Shown: positions 9,465-19,265, counted from the first letter of the stretch. The stretch: DNA of 31,583 nucleotides from Bacteroidales bacterium (GCA_016938095.1 JAFGVG010000191.1:1-31583), one strand, 5' to 3'. Translations and numbers: made by a program. The notes: generated by a model not told the origin, from the letters alone.

Positions 9465-10010
9465 ATGAGTTTTAACTTAGCGGAATACTACTCAAATCTT
9501 AGTAAGGGCGATGTTGTGCTGGCGTATAAAGGCAGCATTACATCCGATCTCATAAACGATATTCTCGAAGGGGTTGAGAAAAGGCTGGAAGATGCTGACG
9601 AAGACGGCAAGCTCCGCAAGAAAATCTATAATGTCCTTGTTGAAAGCCTCCAGAATCTCTTCCATCATATTGAAACCATTCACGAGGGCATTGAAGAACC
9701 CCTTGATCCCAAGTTCGGCATTCTTGTTGTGGTTAAGGATGGTGACCTGTATAAGGTTACTACTGGCAACTTTATCAATGTTAAGCGTATCAAGTTTTTA
9801 AAAGAAAAAATCGACAAGATCAATTCACTTTCCAAAGACGAACTTAAGGATATGTACAAGTTCATTCTCAACCACCAGCGTCTTTCAGCAAAAGGTGGCG
9901 GCGGGCTGGGCCTGGTTGACATAGCCCGGAAGTCAGGTAATAAACTTGAATACGATTTCTACCAGTATAACGACGATTATTATTTCTTTAATCTTACAAT
10001 AAGTGTTTAG
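9465..10010 (+). CDS. siaB: SiaB-family Ser/Thr protein kinase (GHKL-like)
   Basis: LVESLQNLFHH (N box) and SAKGGGGLGLVDIARKSGNKLEY (G box); sits directly before a SiaC homologue. Confidence 0.85.
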   Translation: MSFNLAEYYSNLSKGDVVLAYKGSITSDLINDILEGVEKRLEDADEDGKLRKKIYNVLVESLQNLFHHIETIHEGIEEPLDPKFGILVVVKDGDLYKVTTGNFINVKRIKFLKEKIDKINSLSKDELKDMYKFILNHQRLSAKGGGGLGLVDIARKSGNKLEYDFYQYNDDYYFFNLTISV

Positions 10011-10043
10011 ATAACTTGTTTTTGTTATATACAACTACTAATT

Positions 10044-10424
10044 ATGGAAGCAATAAATTTGGATAGCACACCTAAAACGCCATCAATAAAATTCAACCAG
10101 GAAGAAGGTGTTCTGGAGATCAAAGGCAGATCGATACCTGAGAATTCCATTGAGTTTTATAAGCCTTTGGTTGACTGGCTAGAAGACTATGCAAAAAATC
10201 CGTTGAAAAAGACCCTGGTGAATGTACAACTGGAATATTTCAATACCAGCTCCTCAAAATGTATCCTGGATGTGTTTAAAAAGCTTGAAGCCATTCATAA
10301 ATCCAAGCACGACATTGTGATCAACTGGTATTACGAGGAAGATGATGAAGATATGCTTGAGGCCGGTGAGGATTACGAATCCATTATACGGGTTCCGTTC
10401 AAAATGATTGAAGTTGTTGATTAA
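10044..10424 (+). CDS. siaC: SiaC-family regulatory phosphoprotein (DUF1987)
   Basis: 126 aa; TPSIKF, GRSIPENSIEFYKP, LEYFNTSSSK (Thr68) and INWYYEEDDEDMLEAGEDY. Confidence 0.9.
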   Translation: MEAINLDSTPKTPSIKFNQEEGVLEIKGRSIPENSIEFYKPLVDWLEDYAKNPLKKTLVNVQLEYFNTSSSKCILDVFKKLEAIHKSKHDIVINWYYEEDDEDMLEAGEDYESIIRVPFKMIEVVD

Positions 10425-10444
10425 CAGCAACAGAAAGAATCATC

Positions 10445-10488
10445 AAAAAAACAGAGACTGTTTCTGACCCAGGAAACAGTCTTTTTTT
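10445..10488. terminator. Bidirectional intrinsic terminator between siaC and the convergent ABC gene
   Basis: Perfect 10-bp stem agactgtttc (10455-10464) / gaaacagtct (10473-10482), flanked by an A7 run (10445-10451) and a T7 run (10482-10488). Confidence 0.85.
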
Positions 10489-13400
10489 ATGTATTATTGG
10501 ATTTTATTGAGAATGCCGTTTCGAGATAATCGAGAAACCTCTTCAGTATTCTAAAGTAAAGCAGGACGTAAAGGATTAGTGAAAAGGTCCAGATGACAGC
10601 CACGTTTACCCAAAACGTGTTGTAGTATTTTCCGAAAAACATCTTGCGTGGAGCGTAAAAGTGTGCTTTGATTAATGGGTGTACCGGGTCGAGGTATATT
10701 GGGTCGGTTTTTTGTATTAACCTGCCTTTGTATTCGATGATGCGCACCAGTTCTGTATTGTTTTCGACAAATTCGGTAAGTTTCTCATTGTGATGCCTTC
10801 GCTTTAGTTCCAGAAACTGATATTTTTCGTTTTGGTTCTTTTCGCGCTCCCTGATGAGGTTATCCCTGGCGTCGTTGGCATTGTTGTAAATCCGGATATA
10901 GACCTTGTTCAGGGTCTTAATAAACTTTCGGGTGGAATCTATAACAGACTGGTTGATATGCTCAGGTGTCAGCTTATCCAGGCAACTAAAACTGATCTGT
11001 TGAACGTTATGAATGGGGATTTTGCGGATATTAGGAAGTTCCGTTGAAAGTTCGTTTTGCAACAATACCAGGTAATTTGTCGTCTTTTCATTGATGCCCG
11101 GTTCTTTAAGGTCGTTTTCGATATAGTCGATCTTATTCTCCAGGTTCTTAATCCAGTAGTTTTTTTTGTATTCGGCAATGCTCATGGCTTTATTTACAGG
11201 GTAGAATATCTTGTCATAATCGTTTTGCATGAATTGCTCAACAGCCAGTGCCTCGTATCCCCACCTGGCAGTCATCAACTCACCGTATACCGGTATTTTG
11301 CTGGGTGAAGATATCTTAGGGTTAAGTTTCTCGTATTTCACGATAACGCCGCTGAGAATAATCTGGGGGATAACCAGAAATGGTATCAGTATGTAAATGG
11401 TAACCACTGTTTTAAAGCTGTCTGAGATAAGCAGTCCCATTACATTGGAAGCAACCCATGCGCTAAATAAAACCAGCCAGTATTCGAAAAACATGCCCCT
11501 GATTTCCAGTATGGAATTGCCGATCAGCACAAATGTCAGGGCCTGAATAGCTGAAATGCCAGCCATAATTACGAGCTTCGACATAAGGTATCCCGACCAG
11601 CTTAAATTCAGAAAAGCTTCGCGTTTCAGAATCTTCCTATCCTTGATAATTTCTTCAGCACTAACGGTAAGACCCATGAAAGTGGCCACAATCACGGACA
11701 TAAACAGGTAAACCGGCAAATTGCTGTTTTCGAGCAGGGTGTAGCCGGTTTCGTTGGTCTCGCTTACGTTAAAGTACTTGATGATAAAGGCAAGTATGAA
11801 AGCGAGAACGGGTGCTTCCAGCAGCGTGATGATAAGGTATTGCATGTTTGCAAGCTTCGAAAGTACATCACGCGTTACAAACACCCCAATTTGTTTAAAA
11901 ACGTTCGGTATTTTGAACGTTATAGCCGGGAGTTCGAAATGGGTATCCGGCTTTTGTTTAGCGGACAAACCAGCGTGAACAAAATACTCATGCCATTCTT
12001 CTGGAGATATTTTCCGGGTTCGGGTTTCTTTTCCATACTCGTCGATAACCATCGATTCAACAATATTGAAAATTTGCTCCGGGTTTACATTGCCGCATAT
12101 ATGACATTCGCTGTCTGCCCAGTTTGCCTGATGCACCTTCGATTTAAAGTACATGATCGAATCAACCGGATTACCATTATATATAAGGTATCCACCCGTG
12201 TCCAGAATCAGCAGGTTGTCGAACATTTTAAAAATATCCGATGAAGGTTGGTGGATTACCACGAATACCAGCTTTCCTTTGAGTGTAAGGTCTTTCAGCA
12301 GGTCCATGATATTCTCGGAATCCTTGGATGATAATCCCGATGTGGGTTCATCCAGAAAAAGTATCGATGGCTCGCGAATGAGTTCAAGCGCTATGTTTAG
12401 TCGTTTGCGCTGGCCTCCGCTGATTTTTTTATTGAGCGGCGAACCTACCTGAATATCCCTTATTTCATAAAGCCCCATATTATACAGCATGGCGTTCACC
12501 TGCTGCACAATTTCTTCTTCGTTGTAATTGTCGAAACAAAGTTTCGCGTTATAATACAGGTTTTGATAAACAGTAAGTTCCTCTATCAGGAGGTCGTCTT
12601 GTGAAACATGGCCAATGAGCCCGTTCGACTTTACCTTATCCAGGTAGATATCATTTCCGTTGATCAGCACCCTGCCTTCGGCTGGTGGCACCGATCCGTT
12701 AAGGATGTTCAGCAGGGTTGACTTACCTGCACCACTTGAACCCATTATACCTACCAGTCTTCCCGACTCTTCGCAAAAACTGATATCATGCAATCCGGCA
12801 TTTCCTCCCTTAAACCTATAACTTACGTTTTCGACTTCAAAAACAATTTTCGACTGTTCGGAGTCCTCCTTGAAAACGCTTACTACATCACTGAAATATA
12901 AAGGCTTAACGTGGTGATTTCGAATGGAAGTGCCGGTATTCAATACAAATACCTTGTCCTGCTGAATGATCTGGCCGTTCAGGTAAAGCTCGTTCTCACC
13001 TATGAATCGCAGAAAATACATGCCGGCAGATGGCACATTAATGATCCAGATGTTGCCTGTCAGGTATTCGGAATAAATGTGCTTGTTATTATTCAGGATG
13101 GGCGATTTGCTGTTATTTATTACCAGCAATTGTTTGCTGTCGGGAATATTATCGAATGTGTTCAGCGTAAAATTCCGGATGAGCAGGTAATCCTCTGTTG
13201 GAATGTAGAATGAGTCAGATACGGCTGTTATAAATGCATATTCCTGCTCACTTATCTCACCTGTACTGGACTTAACGAACTCAAATAACTGAACCAGCAC
13301 AATAACCTTTTGCTTTTGGGTCAGTTCTTTGTTGATCTCGTTGCAGATTCTCAACACCTTTACTGAATCAGCGCCAATTCGTTTGTTACCTCTTTCGAGA

Positions 13401-13582
13401 TTCAGTGCCTGGTGTTTTTCATAATAGGTATCGAAAATGCGGATATAATCCTTTACCAATCCCTGATTCAGCTGGCGGCTTAGGAAAGACAATACCACAA
13501 ATCTCCGGTCCTTGGCATGGCCTTCGGGACTGGCAATGATGGCAAATAACTCCATTAAAGCCTTGAGAATTTTTTCACTCAT
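10487..13582 (-). CDS. Fused ABCG-like transporter: about 240-aa N-terminal extension, ABC ATPase and ABC-2-type membrane domain
   Basis: Walker A GSSGAGKS, signature ISGGQRKR, Walker B LFLDEPTSGLSS and H-loop VVIHQPS. Several hydrophobic helices follow, with a long hydrophilic loop before the last helix. Confidence 0.88.
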   Translation of the reverse strand: MSEKILKALMELFAIIASPEGHAKDRRFVVLSFLSRQLNQGLVKDYIRIFDTYYEKHQALNLERGNKRIGADSVKVLRICNEINKELTQKQKVIVLVQLFEFVKSSTGEISEQEYAFITAVSDSFYIPTEDYLLIRNFTLNTFDNIPDSKQLLVINNSKSPILNNNKHIYSEYLTGNIWIINVPSAGMYFLRFIGENELYLNGQIIQQDKVFVLNTGTSIRNHHVKPLYFSDVVSVFKEDSEQSKIVFEVENVSYRFKGGNAGLHDISFCEESGRLVGIMGSSGAGKSTLLNILNGSVPPAEGRVLINGNDIYLDKVKSNGLIGHVSQDDLLIEELTVYQNLYYNAKLCFDNYNEEEIVQQVNAMLYNMGLYEIRDIQVGSPLNKKISGGQRKRLNIALELIREPSILFLDEPTSGLSSKDSENIMDLLKDLTLKGKLVFVVIHQPSSDIFKMFDNLLILDTGGYLIYNGNPVDSIMYFKSKVHQANWADSECHICGNVNPEQIFNIVESMVIDEYGKETRTRKISPEEWHEYFVHAGLSAKQKPDTHFELPAITFKIPNVFKQIGVFVTRDVLSKLANMQYLIITLLEAPVLAFILAFIIKYFNVSETNETGYTLLENSNLPVYLFMSVIVATFMGLTVSAEEIIKDRKILKREAFLNLSWSGYLMSKLVIMAGISAIQALTFVLIGNSILEIRGMFFEYWLVLFSAWVASNVMGLLISDSFKTVVTIYILIPFLVIPQIILSGVIVKYEKLNPKISSPSKIPVYGELMTARWGYEALAVEQFMQNDYDKIFYPVNKAMSIAEYKKNYWIKNLENKIDYIENDLKEPGINEKTTNYLVLLQNELSTELPNIRKIPIHNVQQISFSCLDKLTPEHINQSVIDSTRKFIKTLNKVYIRIYNNANDARDNLIREREKNQNEKYQFLELKRRHHNEKLTEFVENNTELVRIIEYKGRLIQKTDPIYLDPVHPLIKAHFYAPRKMFFGKYYNTFWVNVAVIWTFSLILYVLLYFRILKRFLDYLETAFSIKSNNT

Positions 13583-13696
13583 TACCTAAGCTGGTTTTCC
13601 GAAATATCCGATTTTAGATTCTTTGATATTACGTAAATGAACAGTGGGGGTTTCAGGAGGTATAGGTAATTTGATATATTTATGCAAACGATGCAC

Positions 13697-13741
13697 TGTC
13701 ATTATGGCGTTTTTCTTTTGTTACAGCCGGTCATTTTGACT
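13697..13741. promoter_or_regulatory. Pair of imperfect dyads (TGTCATTATGGCG, GGTCATTTTGACT), candidate activator/regulator sites
   Basis: 13-mers at 13697-13709 and 13729-13741 start 32 bp apart, just upstream of a -24/-12 element. Confidence 0.5.
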
Positions 13742-13763
13742 TATTTTCCTGGTGTCTGCCGGT

Positions 13764-13779
13764 TGGTTCAGTAATTGCA
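13764..13779 (+). promoter_or_regulatory. Putative sigma54 (-24/-12) promoter of clpB
   Basis: TGGTTCAGTAATTGCA has GG and GC separated by exactly 10 nt, as in TGGCAC-N5-TTGCA, and ends 24 nt before the clpB ATG. Confidence 0.55.
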
Positions 13780-13803
13780 GGCATAAAGATAAAAGTAACC
13801 AAC

Positions 13804-16395
13804 ATGAATCTGGATAATTTTACGATACGGTCGCAGGAAGCTGTTCAACAGGCTTTTCTTGTAGCCCGCGATTATCAGCACCAGGCCGTTGAAACAGGGC
13901 ACCTGTTAAAAGCGCTGGTGGCCGACAATGATAGTGTTGCCTGCCATTTGTTGGGTAAGCTGGGTGTTAATGTGAACGATCTCACCAGGGTGGTTAACCG
14001 CATAGTCGAATCGTACGCGAAAGTTACCGGTGGCGAGCAATATCTGTCGTCTGATGCCTCAAAGGCTTTGCAGAAGTCGATGAATATTGCCAAATCTATG
14101 CAGGATCAGTATGTATCAGTTGAGCATTTATTAATGGCGCTTTTGGCTACGGGTGATCAGGTAAGCAAAATGCTCAGTGATTTTGGTGTAAAGGAAATGG
14201 AATTGCAAGCATCTGTTCAATCGGTACGCAAGGGTTCTAAAGTCAACAGTCAGACGGCAGAAGATACCTATGATTCGCTCAACCGGTATGCCATTAACCT
14301 GAATGAACAAGCACGGAATGGTAAGCTCGATCCGGTTATCGGGCGGGAGGAGGAAATCAGAAGGGTGCTTCAGATACTCTCGAGACGAACCAAGAACAAC
14401 CCAATCCTGATTGGCGAACCGGGCGTGGGAAAAACTGCCATTGCCGAAGGTCTTGCATTCAGAATTATTTCGGGCGATGTACCAGACAATCTTAAAACAC
14501 ATCAGATTTTTTCGCTCGATATGGGTGCACTTATTGCCGGGGCAAAATACAAGGGCGAGTTCGAAGAAAGGCTAAAAGCTGTTGTTAAGGAAGTCATAGC
14601 CGCTGACGGGGAGGTCATTCTGTTTATCGACGAAATTCATACGCTTGTTGGTGCCGGTAAAAGCGAAGGAGCAATGGATGCTGCCAATATACTTAAGCCT
14701 GCACTGGCCAAAGGCGAACTTAGAGCCATAGGTGCCACAACGCTGAACGAATACCAGAAATACTTTGAGAAAGACAAGGCACTGGAACGTCGTTTTCAGG
14801 TGGTTATGGTTAACGAACCCGATATTCCAAGCGCTATTTCAATTTTACGCGGACTTCGCGAAAGATATGAGAACCACCATAAGGTGAGAATTAAGGATGA
14901 AGCGGTGGTGGCAGCTGTTGAACTTTCGAGTCGCTATATCACCGAGCGCTTTCTTCCCGACAAGGCCATTGATCTCATCGATGAGGCAGCGTCGCGGTTA
15001 CGGCTCGAAATGAATTCGCTTCCACACGAAATTGATACACTCGACCGCAAAATACAGCAACTCGAGATTGAACGTGAGGCACTTAAACGTGAAAAGAATG
15101 TGGGAAAAGTCACTGCTCTTAGCCGCGAAATCAGTGAATTAAATGAAGCACGAACCCGACTAAAGGCAAAGTGGCAATCGGAAAAGAAACTTGTCGAAGA
15201 CATCCAGTTGCAGAAACAACAAATTGAAAACCTGAAAAACGAAGCAGACCAGGCAGAACGACAAGGCGATTATGGCAAAGTTGCGGAAATCCGTTATGGT
15301 CTGATACGGGAAGCCGAACGAAAGATTGAGGAGTTAAATGGAAAGCTCAATACGGTGCAGGGTGGGGCCGCCCTTATCAACGAAGAAGTCGGGGCAGAGG
15401 ACATTGCAGAAGTGGTTTCGAAATGGACCGGCATTCCGGTTCAGCGTATGTTGCAGGGCGAGCGGGAAAAACTGCTGAACCTTGAAAAAGAACTTCATCA
15501 ACGGGTAATTGGACAGGATGAGGCTATTGCTGCCGTTGCTGATGCTGTGCGCAGGAGCAGGGCCGGTTTACAGGATCCCCGGCGACCCATAGGATCGTTC
15601 CTTTTTTTGGGTACCACCGGAGTTGGAAAAACCGAGCTGGCCAAGGCTTTGGCCGAGTTGCTTTTTAACGACGAAATCCTGATGACACGTATTGATATGT
15701 CGGAATACCAGGAACGACATACTGTTTCAAGGCTTGTTGGTGCCCCTCCGGGTTATATCGGATACGAGGAAGGGGGTCAGCTGACCGAAGCGGTGAGGAG
15801 GAAGCCTTATTCAGTGGTATTACTGGACGAAATTGAAAAAGCGCACCCCGATGTTTTCAATGTACTGCTTCAGGTTCTGGATGACGGTCGTTTAACGGAC
15901 AACAAGGGAAGAATAGTGAATTTTAAAAACACCATTGTTGTGATGACTTCCAACGTGGGATCAGCTTTAATTCAACAAAACCTTAAAATGTTGGACGACG
16001 GAAACAGGGAAATAATACTGGAACGCACCCGTAACGAAGTAATGGATGAACTTAGAAAAGTAATGCGTCCGGAATTTCTTAATCGTATCGACGAAGTGAT
16101 CATGTTCACTCCCTTGTCACGCAATGAAGTGCTTGATATTGTGAGGTTACAGTTCAAACAGGTTGTTGAAAAGCTGGCAGATCAATCCATTAATATCAGC
16201 ATAACCGATGAAGCCATTGAACTAATCGGTGAGCAGGGCTATGATCCTCAATACGGGGCAAGGCCAATCAAACGTCTGATACAGAAAAACATCCTGAATG
16301 AATTATCGCGCAAAATAATAGACGGATCTGTAAAACGCGAACAATCGGTACTAATCGACAGCGATGGGCAATCGATTGTATTTAAAAACAAATGA
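13804..16395 (+). CDS. clpB: ATP-dependent chaperone ClpB
   Basis: 863 aa; Clp N-domain, [17 protein letters not shown], a coiled-coil middle domain, [28 protein letters not shown] and YGARPIKR. Confidence 0.98.
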   Translation: MNLDNFTIRSQEAVQQAFLVARDYQHQAVETGHLLKALVADNDSVACHLLGKLGVNVNDLTRVVNRIVESYAKVTGGEQYLSSDASKALQKSMNIAKSMQDQYVSVEHLLMALLATGDQVSKMLSDFGVKEMELQASVQSVRKGSKVNSQTAEDTYDSLNRYAINLNEQARNGKLDPVIGREEEIRRVLQILSRRTKNNPILIGEPGVGKTAIAEGLAFRIISGDVPDNLKTHQIFSLDMGALIAGAKYKGEFEERLKAVVKEVIAADGEVILFIDEIHTLVGAGKSEGAMDAANILKPALAKGELRAIGATTLNEYQKYFEKDKALERRFQVVMVNEPDIPSAISILRGLRERYENHHKVRIKDEAVVAAVELSSRYITERFLPDKAIDLIDEAASRLRLEMNSLPHEIDTLDRKIQQLEIEREALKREKNVGKVTALSREISELNEARTRLKAKWQSEKKLVEDIQLQKQQIENLKNEADQAERQGDYGKVAEIRYGLIREAERKIEELNGKLNTVQGGAALINEEVGAEDIAEVVSKWTGIPVQRMLQGEREKLLNLEKELHQRVIGQDEAIAAVADAVRRSRAGLQDPRRPIGSFLFLGTTGVGKTELAKALAELLFNDEILMTRIDMSEYQERHTVSRLVGAPPGYIGYEEGGQLTEAVRRKPYSVVLLDEIEKAHPDVFNVLLQVLDDGRLTDNKGRIVNFKNTIVVMTSNVGSALIQQNLKMLDDGNREIILERTRNEVMDELRKVMRPEFLNRIDEVIMFTPLSRNEVLDIVRLQFKQVVEKLADQSINISITDEAIELIGEQGYDPQYGARPIKRLIQKNILNELSRKIIDGSVKREQSVLIDSDGQSIVFKNK

Positions 16396-16414
16396 TCAGG
16401 ATTTCAGGTTGACA

Positions 16415-16750
16415 CTAAAAACTATCGAGACACTCGTCCAGCGTAGGATAGAGCGTAAATACATTGTGCAACTGAAGCAATTTGAACAACTCCATCAACT
16501 CAGGGGTGATACCACATATTTTAAAAACTCCCTTGCTGTTGCTGGCAGCTTTCAGTATGGAAAGAAAAACCCCAAACCCTGAGCTGTCGACGTACTTAAT
16601 GCCTTCGAGGTTGAGTATAAGCTTGGTTCCGGGTGTATTGTAGAAACTTTTCAGGTCTTCCTTAACGGGTTCTGTTATCAGGGCGTTAAACCTGTCAATA
16701 TTATTGAAGCGAACAACTGTAATATTGTTTATTTTTTCAATCTTTAACAT
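16415..16750 (-). CDS. STAS-domain anti-sigma-factor antagonist (second copy)
   Basis: LILNLEGIKYVDSSGFGVFL motif. Start moved to ATG 16750 (MLKIEK) to avoid overlap with the Hpt gene. Confidence 0.87.
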   Translation of the reverse strand: MLKIEKINNITVVRFNNIDRFNALITEPVKEDLKSFYNTPGTKLILNLEGIKYVDSSGFGVFLSILKAASNSKGVFKICGITPELMELFKLLQLHNVFTLYPTLDECLDSF

Positions 16751-16760
16751 ATGGACTTTT

Positions 16761-17114
16761 TTAAAAGTAAATATCCAGGTTTTCCACAACTAAGTCAAGC
16801 TCTTTTACAGCCGTTGCAGTGTCTCTTTTAAAGCCATCTACAATGGCGCCATAGGATTCTGTTTTAATACCATCTTTTGTTGCAAATTCGAGTTCCTTAA
16901 GCTGTGAGGCCAGTTTTTCCATACCCATGATTGATACCGACGATTTTGCTTTGTGTGCCAGTTTTCCCAGTAATTCGTATTGACTGGTTTGCAGCAATTG
17001 ATCCATTTCGGACCCGAATTCAAGGGTTTGGTTTTTGAAGATGGTAATCATCTCCAGTATGAGATCCTTGTTACCCCCGGACATTTCGCGCAGGTATGAT
17101 AAATCAATGATCAT
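16761..17114 (-). CDS. Stand-alone Hpt (histidine phosphotransfer) protein
   Basis: IDLSYLREMSGGNKDLILEMITIF N-terminus and LAHKAKSS (His54) motif. Confidence 0.87.
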   Translation of the reverse strand: MIIDLSYLREMSGGNKDLILEMITIFKNQTLEFGSEMDQLLQTSQYELLGKLAHKAKSSVSIMGMEKLASQLKELEFATKDGIKTESYGAIVDGFKRDTATAVKELDLVVENLDIYF

Positions 17115-17329
17115 TGGTTCAACAATTCAAATAAGGTATTAACAAGCTCCAAACAGCTTTTTTTTGTCCTGATGAAATTAAGCATTTTTTTCTATTGTTG
17201 TCCTTTTTAGGGTAATTGTAAATAAAAAATGTTTCTAACGCGTATAATGCAATTACATTAATGGGTTGCCGCAGCCGTCGGAAAGGCATACGTTGGGAAA
17301 AAATCATAAATGATTAACGGATTTTAATA

Positions 17330-17337
17330 TACTTTTG
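17330..17337 (+). promoter_or_regulatory. -7 promoter box upstream of gcvT
   Basis: TACTTTTG in the same tatacttttg context as the rpsA box. Confidence 0.55.
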
Positions 17338-17395
17338 ATATGTCCGTGGGTTAATGAAATCTATAAAAGCACAAGAAATATTAATAAAAATTTCT

Positions 17396-18484
17396 ATGAA
17401 GACAACCGTTTTTAATGCAAAACACAAGCAGTTGAACGCCCGTATGGTTGAATTTGCCGACTTTGAAATGCCCATCGAATATACCGGGGTGAATGCCGAA
17501 CATTTGGCTGTCAGATCTTCTGTTGGTGTTTTTGATGTTTCGCATATGGGCGAAATATGGGTAAAAGGGCCATCTTCGCGCAAATTGCTTGATTATGTAC
17601 TCTCCAACAATCCGGGCGAATTGGTTCCGGGAAAAGCACAATATACCTGTTTTCCAAACGGAAAGGGAGGGATTGTGGATGATCTTATTGTACACAAGTA
17701 TGACGAGGAAAAGTACCTGCTGGTGGTAAATGCCTCTAACATTAAAAAGGACTGGGATTGGCTGAATGCACAGAATAAATTTGGGGCTGCACTGGAAAAT
17801 GCTTCGGACCGAATGTCGCAGCTTGCTGTGCAAGGTCCCAATGCAGTTAAGGTTATGCAAAAGCTTACCAGCATTGATCTGTCTGCTGTTAAGCCATTTA
17901 CTTTTATTACCGGATCTTTTGCCGGCCGGGAAAATATTCTTTTGGCGGCAACAGGCTACACAGGGGCTGGCGGGTTTGAAATCTATATGAACAACGATTC
18001 AGATCCACAAAGTATATGGGATCAGTTGTTTGAAGCCGGTAAGGCTTTTGATATCAGTGCTGTTGGCCTTGCTGCGCGTGATACATTGCGGCTCGAAATG
18101 GGATATTGTCTTTACGGGAACGACATTAACGATACTACATCGCCTATTGAGGCTGGTTTGGGCTGGATTACCAAATTCAATGAAGGTAGGCGTTTTATCG
18201 ATCGTGAGCTTTTACTGGCGCAGAAAACCAATGGTGTTTCGCGTAAACTTTCCGGGTTGGAAATGATTGACAGGGGAATTCCCCGTCAACATTATACCCT
18301 ATACAATCAATCGGGTGAAACTATCGGCGAGGTTACTTCCGGAACCATGTCTCCCTCGCTCAAAAAGGGGATTGGCATGGCCTATATTCAAACCGATTAT
18401 GCTGTGCCCGGTACCGAAATCCGGATTGGCATCAGGGACAAAAAGCTGGCCGCAAGGGTAGTTAAAATGCCTTTTTATAAGTAA
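17396..18484 (+). CDS. gcvT: Glycine cleavage system aminomethyltransferase T
   Basis: [58 protein letters not shown] and [10 protein letters not shown]. Start placed at ATG 17396 (MKTTVF). Confidence 0.97.
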   Translation: MKTTVFNAKHKQLNARMVEFADFEMPIEYTGVNAEHLAVRSSVGVFDVSHMGEIWVKGPSSRKLLDYVLSNNPGELVPGKAQYTCFPNGKGGIVDDLIVHKYDEEKYLLVVNASNIKKDWDWLNAQNKFGAALENASDRMSQLAVQGPNAVKVMQKLTSIDLSAVKPFTFITGSFAGRENILLAATGYTGAGGFEIYMNNDSDPQSIWDQLFEAGKAFDISAVGLAARDTLRLEMGYCLYGNDINDTTSPIEAGLGWITKFNEGRRFIDRELLLAQKTNGVSRKLSGLEMIDRGIPRQHYTLYNQSGETIGEVTSGTMSPSLKKGIGMAYIQTDYAVPGTEIRIGIRDKKLAARVVKMPFYK

Positions 18485-18528
18485 AAGCGTACCGGCTTGT
18501 TGTCAGGCAGATAAGTAAACGGATATTT

Positions 18529-19230
18529 TCAGGCAATTACCGGATTTTCGTTTACCACATCCGACTCAATATGACCATCAAGAAGCCTGATTATGCGGTG
18601 GGCATGGCGGGCAATGCTTTCTTCGTGTGTTACCAGTATGATTGTGTTTCCTTTTTTGTGAATTTCGGTGAATAAAGCCATAATGTCAACCGAAGTCTTG
18701 GAATCGAGGTTTCCGGTTGGCTCATCGGCCAGTATAATGGCAGGATTATTAATCATGGCACGCGCAACGGAAACCCTTTGTCTTTGTCCGCCTGATAATT
18801 CATTAGGTCGGTGTTCCATACGATCGGCAAGGCCAACACTTTCCAGCGCAACTTTTGCCCGTTCGATTCTCTGTGACTTGGGTATGCCGGCGTAAACCAA
18901 CGGAAGCATAACATTTTCAAGCGCTGTATACCGTGGTAACAGGTTGAATGTCTGGAATACAAAACCAATTTCTTTGTTACGCATATCTGCCAGTTCATTG
19001 TCGACCAGTTTACTTGCATCCTGACCATTGATAATGTAAGTACCTGATGTTGGCGTGTCCAGACAACCTATTATATTCATCAGTGTTGATTTACCGGAAC
19101 CAGAGGGTCCCATGATGGCCACATATTCGTTTTTACGGATATCAAGCGAAATGGCACGTAAAGCATGAACGGCTTCAGCACCCGGGAAATAATCCTTGAC
19201 AATCGATTCGAGGTGTATTATGTTCTGCAT
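18529..19230 (-). CDS. LolD/MacB-type ABC transporter ATP-binding protein (no adjacent permease)
   Basis: [42 protein letters not shown] and LVTHE. Confidence 0.95.
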   Translation of the reverse strand: MQNIIHLESIVKDYFPGAEAVHALRAISLDIRKNEYVAIMGPSGSGKSTLMNIIGCLDTPTSGTYIINGQDASKLVDNELADMRNKEIGFVFQTFNLLPRYTALENVMLPLVYAGIPKSQRIERAKVALESVGLADRMEHRPNELSGGQRQRVSVARAMINNPAIILADEPTGNLDSKTSVDIMALFTEIHKKGNTIILVTHEESIARHAHRIIRLLDGHIESDVVNENPVIA

Positions 19231-19265
19231 AGAGACGTATTTAATGCTTTAAAATTAGCAATATT

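Noticed and set aside
17237-17264. dif-like Xer site (aacgcgtataa tgcaa ttacattaat)
   Set aside because: Only partial arm matches and a 5-bp rather than 6-bp spacer; better explained as an AT-rich palindrome.
17115-17395. Glycine riboswitch upstream of gcvT
   Set aside because: No tandem aptamer with the conserved GGAGA...CCGAAG / CTCTCAGG cores is visible.
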